This document shows positions 9,797 to 19,808 of a stretch of DNA of 64,000 bases, one piece after another; the stretch's first letter is position 1; every line of letters begins with the position of its first letter. The position numbers and the translations under genes are program-made. Source of the DNA: Rhodospirillaceae bacterium (GTDB lineage: Bacteria > Pseudomonadota > Alphaproteobacteria > UBA7985). Location: the NCBI GenBank assembly GCA_038141425.1, contig JAYQIC010000011.1:319681-383680 (forward strand), in the 5' to 3' direction. The notes beneath the pieces were generated by a model, which searched no databases, was not told the DNA's origin, and was given only the letters and a program-made list of their open reading frames with translations.

Positions 9797-10179
9797 TCTG
9801 CGGTCTCTCCTCGGGTCGACGGCGACAGTGTGGTCTGTCCGCTTTCAGGTGGCGCCAAAAGTGATCCGGTGAAGGGGTTGCACTGTCGCAGGGACCGGCA
9901 CTGTGGGCGGGGTGGAAGCCTTGGAAGATGCGTCAGGTTCTGACCGCGGTGCGGCGGCAATGGACTCAGCAAAAGGCTCAGCGCTGCCGGGGAAAAGGGG
10001 CTCAGCCAATGACCGGCCCCCGCCGGGAAGACGGAACCCGCGCCAGCTCGCCACCGGATCGACGAAAGCTGGTGTTGGGGCCAGCGTAGGGGCTGGGGCC
10101 AGCCGGTGCTCAGCCGTGTGAGGGGCCCTAGGGCTAACGTCGCTGTGCAGCGCTCCTCCCCTCTCATCCTGTCGAGCTG

Positions 10180-11085
10180 TCAGCCCGCTGTGCCAGCTAC
10201 GAAGCGGCGCAATGACCGTCGGCGATAGGCTAAGCGCTGACGTGCCTCCGGATCCCTGATTTTCTGCACTCCCGCGTTACCCTCTACGTCGACAGGGTTC
10301 GAGTCCAGAGTCGAGCAGATGGTCGATCTCCCGTTGGACAGCGGCAAGGGGTGACGCCTGCCCGAGAATGACGGGGCTTGCGTCGTCATCCTGCTGCTGT
10401 TGCCCCTGGCGTCGCCCGGACGGTTCTCAGTCGATGCGTTTGGGTTTGGTGCCATCGTCATCGAATAATCATCCTGCAGACGCATGTCCCGGGTCAAGTC
10501 CAGCGCCGCCCCGGAGACTGACGCCGTCTCAGCATCGTCAATCCTGACGCTCTCGTCCAGCACGGCATCGACGAAGATATAGCCTGGCTCGGCGTCCAGT
10601 GGCCCGCCATTGTCCCCGGCGGCGCGGTCTACCAGTTCGGCTGTCGGACTGAACAGCGGTGCACCGGCTACAGCGTCGATGTCCGCCAACCCGAAGCGGG
10701 CATCAGCGACCGCCAGCATGGGTGCGCCGGGCGCCAGCGCAGCATCGCCCTCGTCTCTGAACAGGCTGAGCAGGTTTTGCCCCTGAGCCAGCTGCTCCCT
10801 GGCTGCGAGGTCCTCGATCACATCTTCGGCCGCACCACCGTGCAGCCCGGGGAAGGGCTCGAGGTGAGTGCCCATGGCGCGCGACAGATCGTGCAGGTTC
10901 AGTGCTTCAAGATCATCGCGGATCCCCAGCGTCGGGGGCGGTCGCCGACCCTTCTTCGTCAAACTCGACCAACCCAGACCGGCGCAGGCGGTCCAGCGCA
11001 AAGGTGACCATGGCCGGGTGCGCGCGAAGCGAGGTTGCCAGATCTTCGACCAGGGCCCATCGGTGAAGGCGCGTCTGCGCTTCAA
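10180..11085 (-). CDS. Hypothetical acidic protein (frame uncertain at both ends)
   Basis: 301-aa ORF with an Asp/Glu/Ala-rich core. A wHTH-like segment (ALVEDLATSLRAHPAMVTFALDRLRRSGLVEFDEEG) is readable only in a neighbouring frame at the 5' end, with a possible slip at run 10934-10938. No family recognised. Confidence 0.45.
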   Translation of the reverse strand: MKRRRAFTDGPWSKIWQPRFARTRPWSPLRWTACAGLGWSSLTKKGRRPPPTLGIRDDLEALNLHDLSRAMGTHLEPFPGLHGGAAEDVIEDLAAREQLAQGQNLLSLFRDEGDAALAPGAPMLAVADARFGLADIDAVAGAPLFSPTAELVDRAAGDNGGPLDAEPGYIFVDAVLDESVRIDDAETASVSGAALDLTRDMRLQDDYSMTMAPNPNASTENRPGDARGNSSRMTTQAPSFSGRRHPLPLSNGRSTICSTLDSNPVDVEGNAGVQKIRDPEARQRLAYRRRSLRRFVAGTAG

Positions 11086-11094
11086 GATCGCGGA

Positions 11095-12075
11095 CTAGAC
11101 GGAGTCGAAGTCGAGCTGCTCTCCGCGGCCGGCTTGGAGAAAGCTGTCGATGGGGTCCTCACGCCGGGCAAGGCTGACCGCCAGCTGAGACCCGGCCAAC
11201 ACGGTCGCCCAGCCCAGATAAAGGATGACGAGAACAGCGATGACCGCCGGTAGTCCAAGGCTGCCGGTCTGCGCTCCCGCATCGATCGTCATGGAGCCGC
11301 CGTCGAGTACGAGAGTCGACAGCGCCAGCAAGCCACAGAGGCCGAGGCTCGACATTCCCGCCCCGAACAGCAGCGCTTTAAAGGCGGGTCGACGCAGCGA
11401 GAAGGTCAGGAACACCACAAACAGCGCCAGCATCAGCGCCAGACCATTCACCAGCCACACCACGACAGCGGCCAATCTGGGTGCTTCTGCGGTCGCGGCG
11501 ATCATCGTGCCAGCAAGGGCGAGCAAGGCCCCGATGAGCAGTGGGAGCAGGACGGCCAGCAGCCCCGTCAACGCCAGCCTGCGTCGCGGAACATCATCGT
11601 AGACCGATTGGTACCATTGGCGGGCACCCGCTGCCCGGAGCAAAGCTGCCGATGCCAACAGGCAGGCGCCGCCAACGGTGAGGCTCTCTAACCCAAAGCG
11701 GTCGAGGGTTGGGCGCAGCCACTCTGTCAGGGGCATCGACCAGGCCGCGAGGCTGGTCAAACCCAGCGCGGGAACTGATACAGATCGGGCCACGTCCATG
11801 CTCTCGAAGGGACCGCTCAGGACAGGCCCCAAGGCCTGCGCCAACAGCACGAGTCCCGGTAACCCGAGGATGACCGTTGCGAAGGTCAGGACACCAGCCC
11901 AAACGGGCATGAGACGCGCAAAATACGCCCGCCAGGCCCGGCGCACGATGGCCCGCAAGGTCTGGTCTGTCTCGCGGGTGCCGACAGGTGCTTCAAAGGC
12001 GTCGTAAAGGGTCAAGGAAAGGGCTGCCTTTCGCCGTGGGATGCTCTTCCTTAGCAAAACCACTGTCCGGCGCAT
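11095..12075 (-). CDS. YihY/BrkB-family inner membrane protein
   Basis: The ORF 11095..12132 N-terminus runs into repeat H1, so I start at ATG 12075. Multiple TM helices and the YihY-like RRAWRAYF...LTFATVILGLPGL region. The start is uncertain because no Shine-Dalgarno sequence is evident. Confidence 0.65.
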   Translation of the reverse strand: MRRTVVLLRKSIPRRKAALSLTLYDAFEAPVGTRETDQTLRAIVRRAWRAYFARLMPVWAGVLTFATVILGLPGLVLLAQALGPVLSGPFESMDVARSVSVPALGLTSLAAWSMPLTEWLRPTLDRFGLESLTVGGACLLASAALLRAAGARQWYQSVYDDVPRRRLALTGLLAVLLPLLIGALLALAGTMIAATAEAPRLAAVVVWLVNGLALMLALFVVFLTFSLRRPAFKALLFGAGMSSLGLCGLLALSTLVLDGGSMTIDAGAQTGSLGLPAVIAVLVILYLGWATVLAGSQLAVSLARREDPIDSFLQAGRGEQLDFDSV

Positions 12076-12080
12076 AGCAC

Positions 12081-12571
12081 CTGCGCGGGGGAGATTTGTA
12101 AGCCGCGAAGCGGCGTCAAATCGAGCCCGCAAGGTCTTTCCACTTTACGCTCAACACGGCTTCGCTTTGAGCGCGTGGGAGATTTTCGGGCCAATGCCCT
12201 TCATGCTCAAAACGCTACGCTTTGAGCGCGTTGGAGTTTTTCGCTGAAACAGGGTTGCGCCGACCTTGTCTCGACCGCTTCGCGGTCTTCGTCAAGGCGT
12301 CGCGCCGTAGCCTTAACGACCCTCAAGGCGAAGCGAGTTGAGTTTCAACTGATGCGACACTCAAAGCCCTTTGACGAGCTCAGGATAAACTCCGCGTGTT
12401 GAGTGTCCGCGCAGAGGTGGCGCGCTCGGGCCTTGGCCGCTTCGCGGCCGTCGGCCCTCCCACGCGCAACCAAACGGACACGCCGGCTTCGCCCGGCGTG
12501 ACTTTTTTGTGTTCGCCCGTTGCGCGGGGGAGATTTGTAAGCCGCGAAGCGGCGTCAAATCGAGCCCGCAA
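12081..12571. repeat. Hairpin-repeat mosaic cluster B (H1-H4-H4-H2v-x-H5-H3-H1)
   Basis: H1 copies at 12081-12132 and 12520-12571 (direct), H2 variant at 12253-12306, H5 at 12378-12468. Confidence 0.9.
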
Positions 12572-12612
12572 CCCATTTTTTATGAGATGTAGGAGACAGC
12601 GGCGGTCCGCAT

Positions 12613-13651
12613 CTAAGGGCAGGGGTAGGTGTGCTGGCGGTGAAGCCGGTGGATCTCCTTGAGCAACTCGTCGCTCAGGGTCACAGTGGTCGCGTCCAGC
12701 GCGACCTGCAGCTGTTCAATGGTGGTGCCTCCCGGGATCGACGCCGTCACAAAGGGCTGCATGTAGACAAACGCGTGGGCCATGATCGACGGGTCAAGAC
12801 CGTGTTCCTGCGCCAGCGCCACGTACTTCGCAGCGACGTCGTTGCCGTAGTCGGAGCTATAGCCCGAACGCTCCGGCCACAGCGCGAGCCGCGAGCCAGC
12901 CGGTCGGTTTCCATCGAGATACTTACCGCTCAGATGGCCAGCAGCCAGCGGCGAGTACGCCAATAACGCTACGTCTTCATTCATGGAGACCTCGGCGTTG
13001 CCGGTGTCGAAAACACGGTTCAGCAGGTTGTAGGGGTTCTGGATAGACGCGACCCGCGCCTGTCCCGTAGTCTCACTGCGGGCAATCCAGTCCATGACAC
13101 CCCAAGGGCTTTCGTTAGAGACACCCCAGGCACGGATTTTACCTTCTTTGACCAGCGCGTCCAACGTTGCCAGTGTCTCGGCGCGGTCCGCGCCTTCGTC
13201 CGGGTTCGGACGGGTTTGGCCAAGCTTACGGAAGTGGGTCCAGCCACGGTCCGGCCAGTGCAGTTGGTATAGATCGATGTAGTCGGTCTGCAGACGGCGC
13301 AATGACCCTTCAATGGCCTCGCGGATACTGCTCTCTGTAAAGCGGGAAACACCGCCACGGATCCAGTTGAACCCATCTTCCGGCCCCGTCACCTTGCTCG
13401 CGAGGATGATATCAGCGCGCTTACCGGTTCGAGTGAACCATTCGCCAATGATCTCCTCGGTACGACCCTGAGTGTCGGCCGTTGGTCGGCTGGGGTAGAG
13501 CTCGGCGGTGTCAAAAATTGATGCCGTTGGCGCTGGCCCAGTCCATCTGGGCATAGCCTTCTTCAGCTGAATTTTGCTGCCCCCAGGTCATGGTGCCGAG
13601 GCAAAATTCCGAAACCTGCATGCCGGTCCGGCCCAGTGGCTTCATTTGCAT
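12613..13651 (-). CDS. NADP-dependent aldo-keto reductase (Tas-like), frame-disrupted as sequenced
   Basis: ORF 12613..13554 aligns by eye with the E. coli Tas pattern (DTAELYP..., LYQLHWPDR, GVSNESPWGV, LLAYSPLA). The N-terminal MQMKPLGRTGMQVSEFCLGTMTWGQ...GINF is in another frame. The slip is in A-run 13514-13518. Confidence 0.85.
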
Positions 13652-13655
13652 TGTG

Positions 13656-14777
13656 TCAGTCTTCCTTCTTGTCCCAGGGGCGAGGGGTCAGGGGTGTTCC
13701 GTCGGCCCGCGCCTGTAGCAGGTGGTCGGCGAGTACGATTGCCATCATGGCCTCGGCCACGGGCACCCCGCGAATGGCAACGCAGGGGTCGTGACGGCCC
13801 TTGGTCACAACCTCCACGGCTTCACCGAAGCGGTTCAGCGACCGCCGCGGGGTCAGGATCGATGAAGTGGGCTTGATCGCCAGCCGGGCGACGACGGGCT
13901 GGCCGGTGCTCAGGCCACCGAGAATGCCGCCGGCGTGGTTGCTGGTGAAATGGGGAAGACCTTGGGCGTCCTGCTCCATCTCGTCCGCGTTACCGACCCC
14001 GTTAAGCGCGGCGGCAGCGAAACCATCGCCAATCTCAACGCCTTTAGCGGCGTTGATGGTCATCAGCGCAGCGGCAAGGTCGCTGTCGAGTTTGTCGTAA
14101 ATCGGCTGGCCCAGACCGGCTGGCATACCGTCGGCGACCACTTCGATCACGCCGCCCGCAGAGTTGCCGTCCTTTCGAAGCTGATCCAGCGCTTCAGCCC
14201 AAGCGGTCGCCGCCTTGGCATCGGGGCAGAAAAAGGCGTTTTCGGCGACTTGATCCCAGTCCCACGCGCCGCGGTCTAGCCCATGACCACCCATGGCCAC
14301 CAGCGCACCGCGCACGATAATCGGCGCGGGTGGCAGCTCGCGCAGGATCACCCGGGCGATGGCACCGGCGGCGACCCGCATCGCGGTCTCCCGGGCCGAA
14401 GACCGACCACCGCCGCGGTAGTCGCGCAGGCCGTACTTCTGCCAGTAGGTGAAATCAGCGTGGCCCGGGCGGAACTGATCCCGGATGTCGCCGTAGTCCT
14501 TCGAGCGTTGGTCGCCGTTGTGGATGATCAACCCAATGGGTGATCCGGTGGTGCGGCCTTCGAACACGCCGGAGACGATACTGACTTCGTCGCCTTCGCG
14601 CCGCTGGGTCACGTACTTGCTGGTGCCGGGCTTGCGCCGGTCGAGGTCGGGCTGAATGTCCGCCTCGCTCAGGCTGAGCCCGGCGGGCACACCGTCAACC
14701 ACGCAGCCGATCTGTGGGCCGTGGCTCTCGCCGAAGGTGGTGAAGCGGAACAGCGTTCCGAATGAATTTCCGGCCAT
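13656..14777 (-). CDS. aroC: Chorismate synthase
   Basis: 373-aa ORF with [20 protein letters not shown] and GRHDPCV motifs. Confidence 0.95.
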   Translation of the reverse strand: MAGNSFGTLFRFTTFGESHGPQIGCVVDGVPAGLSLSEADIQPDLDRRKPGTSKYVTQRREGDEVSIVSGVFEGRTTGSPIGLIIHNGDQRSKDYGDIRDQFRPGHADFTYWQKYGLRDYRGGGRSSARETAMRVAAGAIARVILRELPPAPIIVRGALVAMGGHGLDRGAWDWDQVAENAFFCPDAKAATAWAEALDQLRKDGNSAGGVIEVVADGMPAGLGQPIYDKLDSDLAAALMTINAAKGVEIGDGFAAAALNGVGNADEMEQDAQGLPHFTSNHAGGILGGLSTGQPVVARLAIKPTSSILTPRRSLNRFGEAVEVVTKGRHDPCVAIRGVPVAEAMMAIVLADHLLQARADGTPLTPRPWDKKED

Positions 14778-14785
14778 GGGCTGCC

Positions 14786-15619
14786 TCAGGCTTTCTTGGC
14801 GGCGGTCTCGGTGAGCAAATCGCCCAGCTCGCCGGCCTTTTCCATGGCGATCATGCCGTTGATGTTGGCGCCGCCGTCAACGTAGTGGATTTCGCCCGTC
14901 ACTCCGTTGGACCAGGGCGAGATCAGGTACAGGCAGGCGTCGCCAACGTCCTGAATGGTGACGTTGCGGCGCAGTGGTGCGTTCAGCTCGTTCCACTTCA
15001 ACATGGTGCGGAAGTCGCCGATGCCAGAGGCAGCGAGGGTTCGCACGGGGCCGGCAGACAGGCCATTCACCCGGACGCCGCGCGGCCCGAAGTCAGCAGC
15101 AAGGTAGAGCACAGAGGCCTCAAGCGCAGCCTTAGCCACGCCCATGACGTTATAGTTGGGCACGACCTTGACAGCGCCCTGATAGGTCAGGGTCACAAGC
15201 GAACCGCCTTCGTTCATCAGTGGCGCGGCTCGTTGCGCCACAGCCGTGAAGGAATAGACCGAGATATCCATGGTCAGCGCGAAGTTCTCCCGGCTGGTGC
15301 CCAGGTATTCGCCCTTGAGCTCGTCCTTGTTGGAAAAGCCGATGGCGTGAACGACGAAATCAAGGCTGCCCCACTTGTCTTCGAGAGCTTTGAACAGAGC
15401 ATCGATCGAGGCGTCGTCGGTCACATCACAAGTGAGCATGTCGGCCCCGACCTGGTCCGCGAGTGGCGCCACGCGCTTTTCGAGGACATCGCCCTGGTAA
15501 GAAAAGGCCAGCTCAGCGCCTTCCCGCGCCGCGGACTGGGCAATGCCCCACGCAATGGACTTGTCGTTGGCCACGCCCATGATCAAACCGCGCTTACCGG
15601 CCAGAACGCCCGTGCTCAT
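14786..15619 (-). CDS. fabI: Enoyl-[acyl-carrier-protein] reductase (NADH)
   Basis: [20 protein letters not shown] and the SDR/FabI pattern. I chose ATG 15619, which is preceded by GGAAGGAAA, rather than the ORF-track start at 15661. Confidence 0.92.
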   Translation of the reverse strand: MSTGVLAGKRGLIMGVANDKSIAWGIAQSAAREGAELAFSYQGDVLEKRVAPLADQVGADMLTCDVTDDASIDALFKALEDKWGSLDFVVHAIGFSNKDELKGEYLGTSRENFALTMDISVYSFTAVAQRAAPLMNEGGSLVTLTYQGAVKVVPNYNVMGVAKAALEASVLYLAADFGPRGVRVNGLSAGPVRTLAASGIGDFRTMLKWNELNAPLRRNVTIQDVGDACLYLISPWSNGVTGEIHYVDGGANINGMIAMEKAGELGDLLTETAAKKA

Positions 15620-15727
15620 GCTCGTTTCCTTCCGTGAAAGATATCCTGTTTCGAGTTGCATCCGTTCTACCTTCTGCGGTCTGACCGGCGCAAGCGGGCG
15701 CGGCGCTTCTCAGCTCTGTTCCATCGG

Positions 15728-16049
15728 TTGCGGGCTCGATTTGACGCCGCTTCGCGGCTTACAAATCTCCCCCGCGCAGTCAAACGGACAGGCCGCGCTT
15801 CACGCGGCCTGACGTTTTTTCTGTATGGAGTTGCGCGACGCTTGGCCCCGCCGCGCGAAGCGCGGTCGGGGCAAGTCGGACAAGTCGTTGACACTCAACG
15901 CTCCGCTTTGCTTCAACAAAGAACTCCAACGCGCTCAAAGGGCCAAAAGCAGCGTGTTGAGCGCAAAGTAAACCGCAGAAGTTGCGCGTGTTGAGGGAGA
16001 TTGCGCGGGAGATTTGAAAGCCGCGAAGCGGCGTCAAATCGAGCGCGCC
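15728..16049. repeat. Hairpin-repeat mosaic cluster C (H1r-H3r-H2r-H4r-H1)
   Basis: H1 at 15728-15778 (reverse) and 16001-16049 (forward) form inverted ends. H2 at 15831-15885 (reverse). Confidence 0.9.
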
Positions 16050-16053
16050 ACCC

Positions 16054-16927
16054 TCACTCGACGATGGCGTCTGGGTCAGCACTGATGCTTACGGCAGCAC
16101 CGCTCTCAGCCCGCAGCGTCTCACCAATGGTTTCGTGCCGGATCAGCCCGAGCGCAGCCCCATCCACGGCCGTCAGGACCTCCCCTGCCTGCCGCTCTCC
16201 GGCAAACACGGCTTCACCCGCTTGCAGAGCTGCCTCGGCGGTGAGGGCCATCAGGCGCTTCTTACCCAGATTGCGGTACTTCATTCGCGCTGTGACTTCC
16301 TGCCCGACGTAACACCCTTTCCTGAAGTCCACCCTCCCGAGACGTTCGAACCCACTCTCCATCAGCAGCGCCTTGTTCGGCTTGAGATCGACCGGACCTT
16401 CGGGGACAACAGCGGCGATCCGGGCCCGGTCATAGTCCCGCCGATCATCCACTCCAGCGTTCAAATCGGGGCCCAGCACCCGCCATCCGAGGCGATCGGA
16501 CCGGGGATCGGCAAAAGCCACTGCACCGTCGTCCATTCGCCACACCGGGCCGGTCGTCGCCATGATGCGGCTTTGGGGACTGTTGTTCGTCATCATGATG
16601 CTCGGCAGCCGAGGCCTGTGGCAGCACCACACCAACTGTCCAGTCTTCCATCAGCTGAAGGTCCACCGCCGCCCGCAGCTTGTACAGTCGCAGTCGCTTG
16701 TCGAAGTCGCTCCCCGTTGGAAAATCGATCAGGATCCGATCGCTGTCCGTGTAGCAAAGCACGTCGGCGAGCAGCTTCCCCTGTGGGGTCAGCAGCGCCG
16801 CGAAGGCAGCGCCACCAGCGTCGGCAGCCGCGTCCGCGCTCAGCAGTGTGTTTAGAAAATCGAAGCGGTCCTCGCCTGATACCGCGAGCACAGCGCGATC
16901 ATCGAGCCGGCGCAGCGGCGCCGTCAT
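16054..16927 (-). CDS. ygfZ: Folate-binding YgfZ/GcvT-like protein, frame-disrupted as sequenced
   Basis: The N-terminal part (MTAPLRRLDDRAVLAVSGEDRFDFLN...) is in ORF 16445..17110. The C-terminal part (DFRKGCYVGQEVTARMKYRN signature) is in ORF 16054..16635. The slip is at G-run 16575-16578. Confidence 0.8.
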
Positions 16928-16979
16928 CGGGGCCGTCGCCTCCCAGCCCCGGGTCACAGCCCAGCGGGTCACGCGCGGA

Positions 16980-18104
16980 TCAGTCCTCGGCGTCACGGCC
17001 AGCCACCGGCGTAACCACGGGTCCGAATTCTTCTTCGACGCTGTCGCCGTTCTGGCTGAGCAGCACAGCGATCCACCGCGTTGCCGGGACCGAGGCGAAG
17101 ATGATGGCAAGCATCACCGTGACCGGCACGGAAATCAGCATGCCGACAGGCCCCCAGAGGAAGCCCCAGAACGACAGCGACACCAGAATGATCAGCGGCG
17201 AGAGGTTGAGCGAGTTGCCGAGGAACCGGGGTTCGAGGAAGCTGCCGACCAGCTGCTGTACGCCGATCAGCAGACCCGTAACCACGAGGATGACCCAGGC
17301 GCTGCCGTCCCAGAACTGCAACACTGCCATGGCAGCGGGCAGCATGACCGCGATGATCGAGCCCACCACCGGGATGAAGTTCAGGAAGAACACCAGCATC
17401 GCCCAAACCGGCGCATAGTTGATGTCGAAGACCAGCAGGATGATGTAGGCCAGCACCGCCGTGATCAGGCTCATCAGCGTCTTCACGGCAAGGTAGGCCT
17501 GAATCTTCCGGCTGATGGTGCCGAGCATGATCCGCGCGCGGGAGTAGTCGTCGGCCCGGGGGAACAGATGCTTGAGTTTGGAGGAGAACCGCTGATCCTC
17601 GACCAGCATGAAAGCGACGTAGATCACCACAATCACCAGGTTCTGCGTCACCAGCCGCAGCTGCCCGGCGAAGTTGTTGGCGATGCCCAGAATGCGGTCG
17701 AACTGGTCCTGGAGGTTGATGTCGAGGGTCAGGCCCTCGGGCAGCAGCCCCTGCAGCAGGGCCAGCAGGCGGTTGGCATCGGCGGCATAGGCCGAGAAAT
17801 CACCCAGCAATGACGAGAAACTCGCCAGCACGATATTGACCACAAAATAGGCGATCGACCCGATCACTCCCATGGCGAGCAGCAGGGACACCCATCGTGG
17901 CAGCTGGAACCCGCCCAGGTTCAGACCCGACATGAAATCCCGGAGGCTGGCGATCACGTACCAAACCACGATAGCCAGCACGAGGGGCAGCAGAAACGGC
18001 CGCCCCAACGCCAGCGCGGCCACCACGGCTGCAAGGATCAAAATGGCGGCACCGATGTTCAGGATCGACGTACGAACCGCCCCAGACGGCTTTCTGGATG
18101 TCAT
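16980..18104 (-). CDS. AI-2E (PerM/YhhT) family transporter
   Basis: 374-aa ORF, polytopic. The FIPVVGSIIA... and LLWGPVGMLISVPVT region is typical of the AI-2E family. Confidence 0.8.
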   Translation of the reverse strand: MTSRKPSGAVRTSILNIGAAILILAAVVAALALGRPFLLPLVLAIVVWYVIASLRDFMSGLNLGGFQLPRWVSLLLAMGVIGSIAYFVVNIVLASFSSLLGDFSAYAADANRLLALLQGLLPEGLTLDINLQDQFDRILGIANNFAGQLRLVTQNLVIVVIYVAFMLVEDQRFSSKLKHLFPRADDYSRARIMLGTISRKIQAYLAVKTLMSLITAVLAYIILLVFDINYAPVWAMLVFFLNFIPVVGSIIAVMLPAAMAVLQFWDGSAWVILVVTGLLIGVQQLVGSFLEPRFLGNSLNLSPLIILVSLSFWGFLWGPVGMLISVPVTVMLAIIFASVPATRWIAVLLSQNGDSVEEEFGPVVTPVAGRDAED

Positions 18105-18276
18105 CGATTATGGTCTCAATGCTTCGGGATAAAGGGAGCTACATTCTGCGCCTTAGCCAGAATCATGCAACCACTTAGGCTGGTTTTGGCTCTTTTTTAT
18201 GCGCAAGCGTTGAGGCAAAGTCTCAGTCACGCAGGCCGGGCCACCCGGTCACAGGGAAAACCGGAAGGAAAAAACC

Positions 18277-19242
18277 GTGAGCAAAGCCGTAATCATCCGC
18301 AAGACCGGGGGGTTGGAAGCCCTGACCATGGAAGACCGCGAGGTCGGCATGCCGGGCGAAGGCGAAATCCGGGTCCGCAACACCCACATCGGGCTGAACT
18401 TCATCGACGTTTACTTCCGGGATGGCCTGTATCCGGGCGAACTCCCCTTTGTCCTGGGGGCCGAGAGCGCGGGCGAGATCACAGACGTTGGCCCGGGCGT
18501 CGATGGCTTCAAGGTCGGAGATCGTGTGGGGAGCCTCGCCCCCGGCGCCTACGCGGAGGAGCGCCTGATCCCCGCAGACAAGGCTGTGCTGTTGCCCGAG
18601 GGCGTCAGCAACGAGGCCGCCGCCGCCGCCATGCTCAAGGGCATGACCGTGCAGTATCTGCTCAAGCAGTCCTACGCCATTCAACCCGGTCAGACCTGCC
18701 TGTTCCACTCCGCCGCCGGCGGGGTCGGCCTGCTCGCCTGCCAGTGGGCGCGCGCCATGGGGGTCAAGCTGATCGGCACGGCTGGCACGGCCGAGAAGTG
18801 CCAGCTCGCGCTCGATAACGGCGCCACCCACTGCATCAACTACCGCGACGACAATTGGGTCGAGCAGGTTCGGGACCTCTCAGGTGGCGGCGTGCCCGTG
18901 GTCTACGATTCCGTGGGGCAGTCAACGCTGGAAGGCTCGCTCGATTGCCTCAAGCCGCTGGGCTATTTCATCACCTTTGGCAACTCTTCAGGGGCCATCG
19001 CCGGGGTCGCGCCGTCGGCTTTGGCCTCGCGCGGCTGTTTATACATGCAAAGACCAACGCTTTTCGCGTATATTGCAACGCGGGCGCAACTCAACCGGGT
19101 TGCGGGGGATCTCTTTAGCGTGATGCAGTCCGGCGATGTCAATCCTGTCATCGGGCGGCGTCTTCCCTTTGCCGAGGTGGCAGAAGCTCACCGCGGCCTG
19201 GAGGCCCGTGAAACCATCGGGTCGACCATTCTCGAAATCTGA
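18277..19242 (+). CDS. qor: NADPH:quinone oxidoreductase (zeta-crystallin family MDR)
   Basis: 321-aa ORF. GTG start follows GGAAGGAAAAAACC. GLNFIDVYFRDGLYP and AAGGVG motifs. Confidence 0.85.
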   Translation: MSKAVIIRKTGGLEALTMEDREVGMPGEGEIRVRNTHIGLNFIDVYFRDGLYPGELPFVLGAESAGEITDVGPGVDGFKVGDRVGSLAPGAYAEERLIPADKAVLLPEGVSNEAAAAAMLKGMTVQYLLKQSYAIQPGQTCLFHSAAGGVGLLACQWARAMGVKLIGTAGTAEKCQLALDNGATHCINYRDDNWVEQVRDLSGGGVPVVYDSVGQSTLEGSLDCLKPLGYFITFGNSSGAIAGVAPSALASRGCLYMQRPTLFAYIATRAQLNRVAGDLFSVMQSGDVNPVIGRRLPFAEVAEAHRGLEARETIGSTILEI

Positions 19243-19257
19243 GGATACCCCGAGCCT

Positions 19258-19680
19258 ATGCTGAAAGAATTCAGGGAGTTTATCGAGCGCGGTAACGTCA
19301 TCGAATTTGCCGTTGCCTTCATCCTGGGTCTTGCGTTCAACGCCATCGTCAAATCGCTGGTCAACGACATGATCATGCCCGTTGTCGGGTTGATCACGGG
19401 TGGTGCTGATTTCACCAACCGCTTCATCGTGCTGGGCAGCGGCAGCTTTGACACGCTCGCCGCCGCACAGGAAGCCGGCGTCGCCACGCTCAACTACGGT
19501 GTGTTCATCAACACCGTGATCGAGTTCATCATCATCGCCTTTGTGCTGTTCATGATGGTGCGGACCTACAACCGCTTCCGCCGGAAGCAGGAAGAGGCGC
19601 CGGCCGAGCCGCCAGCACCGCCGCGTCAGGAAGTGCTGCTCGAAGAAATCCGGGACGCGCTGCGCAGCCCGGCGAGCTGA
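19258..19680 (+). CDS. mscL: Large-conductance mechanosensitive channel
   Basis: 140 aa. MLKEFREFIERGNVIEFAVAFILG...MPVVG is the canonical MscL N-terminus. Confidence 0.95.
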   Translation: MLKEFREFIERGNVIEFAVAFILGLAFNAIVKSLVNDMIMPVVGLITGGADFTNRFIVLGSGSFDTLAAAQEAGVATLNYGVFINTVIEFIIIAFVLFMMVRTYNRFRRKQEEAPAEPPAPPRQEVLLEEIRDALRSPAS

Positions 19681-19703
19681 TCCGGCGTCCGCGCCACACA
19701 AAC

Positions 19704-19732
19704 AAAAGGGGAGCGTCGGCTCCCCTTTTTTT
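19704..19732. terminator. Bidirectional rho-independent terminator (mscL / glpK)
   Basis: AAAAGGGGAGC-GTCG-GCTCCCCTTTTTTT. 7-bp GC stem flanked by an A-run and a T-run, between convergent genes. Confidence 0.8.
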
Positions 19733-19808
19733 AGTTCCAGCGTTCGTGTGTCCGCCGAAGTCTCCGCCCGCGCCATTGACGTCGGCGCCTTCGCCCTCGT
19801 CCTTTGCC

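Noticed and set aside
10296-10306. tRNA or tmRNA-like T-loop GGTTCGAGTCC.
   Set aside because: The flanking bases cannot form the 5-bp T-stem (only 2 pairs). No acceptor stem or tag reading frame could be built around it.
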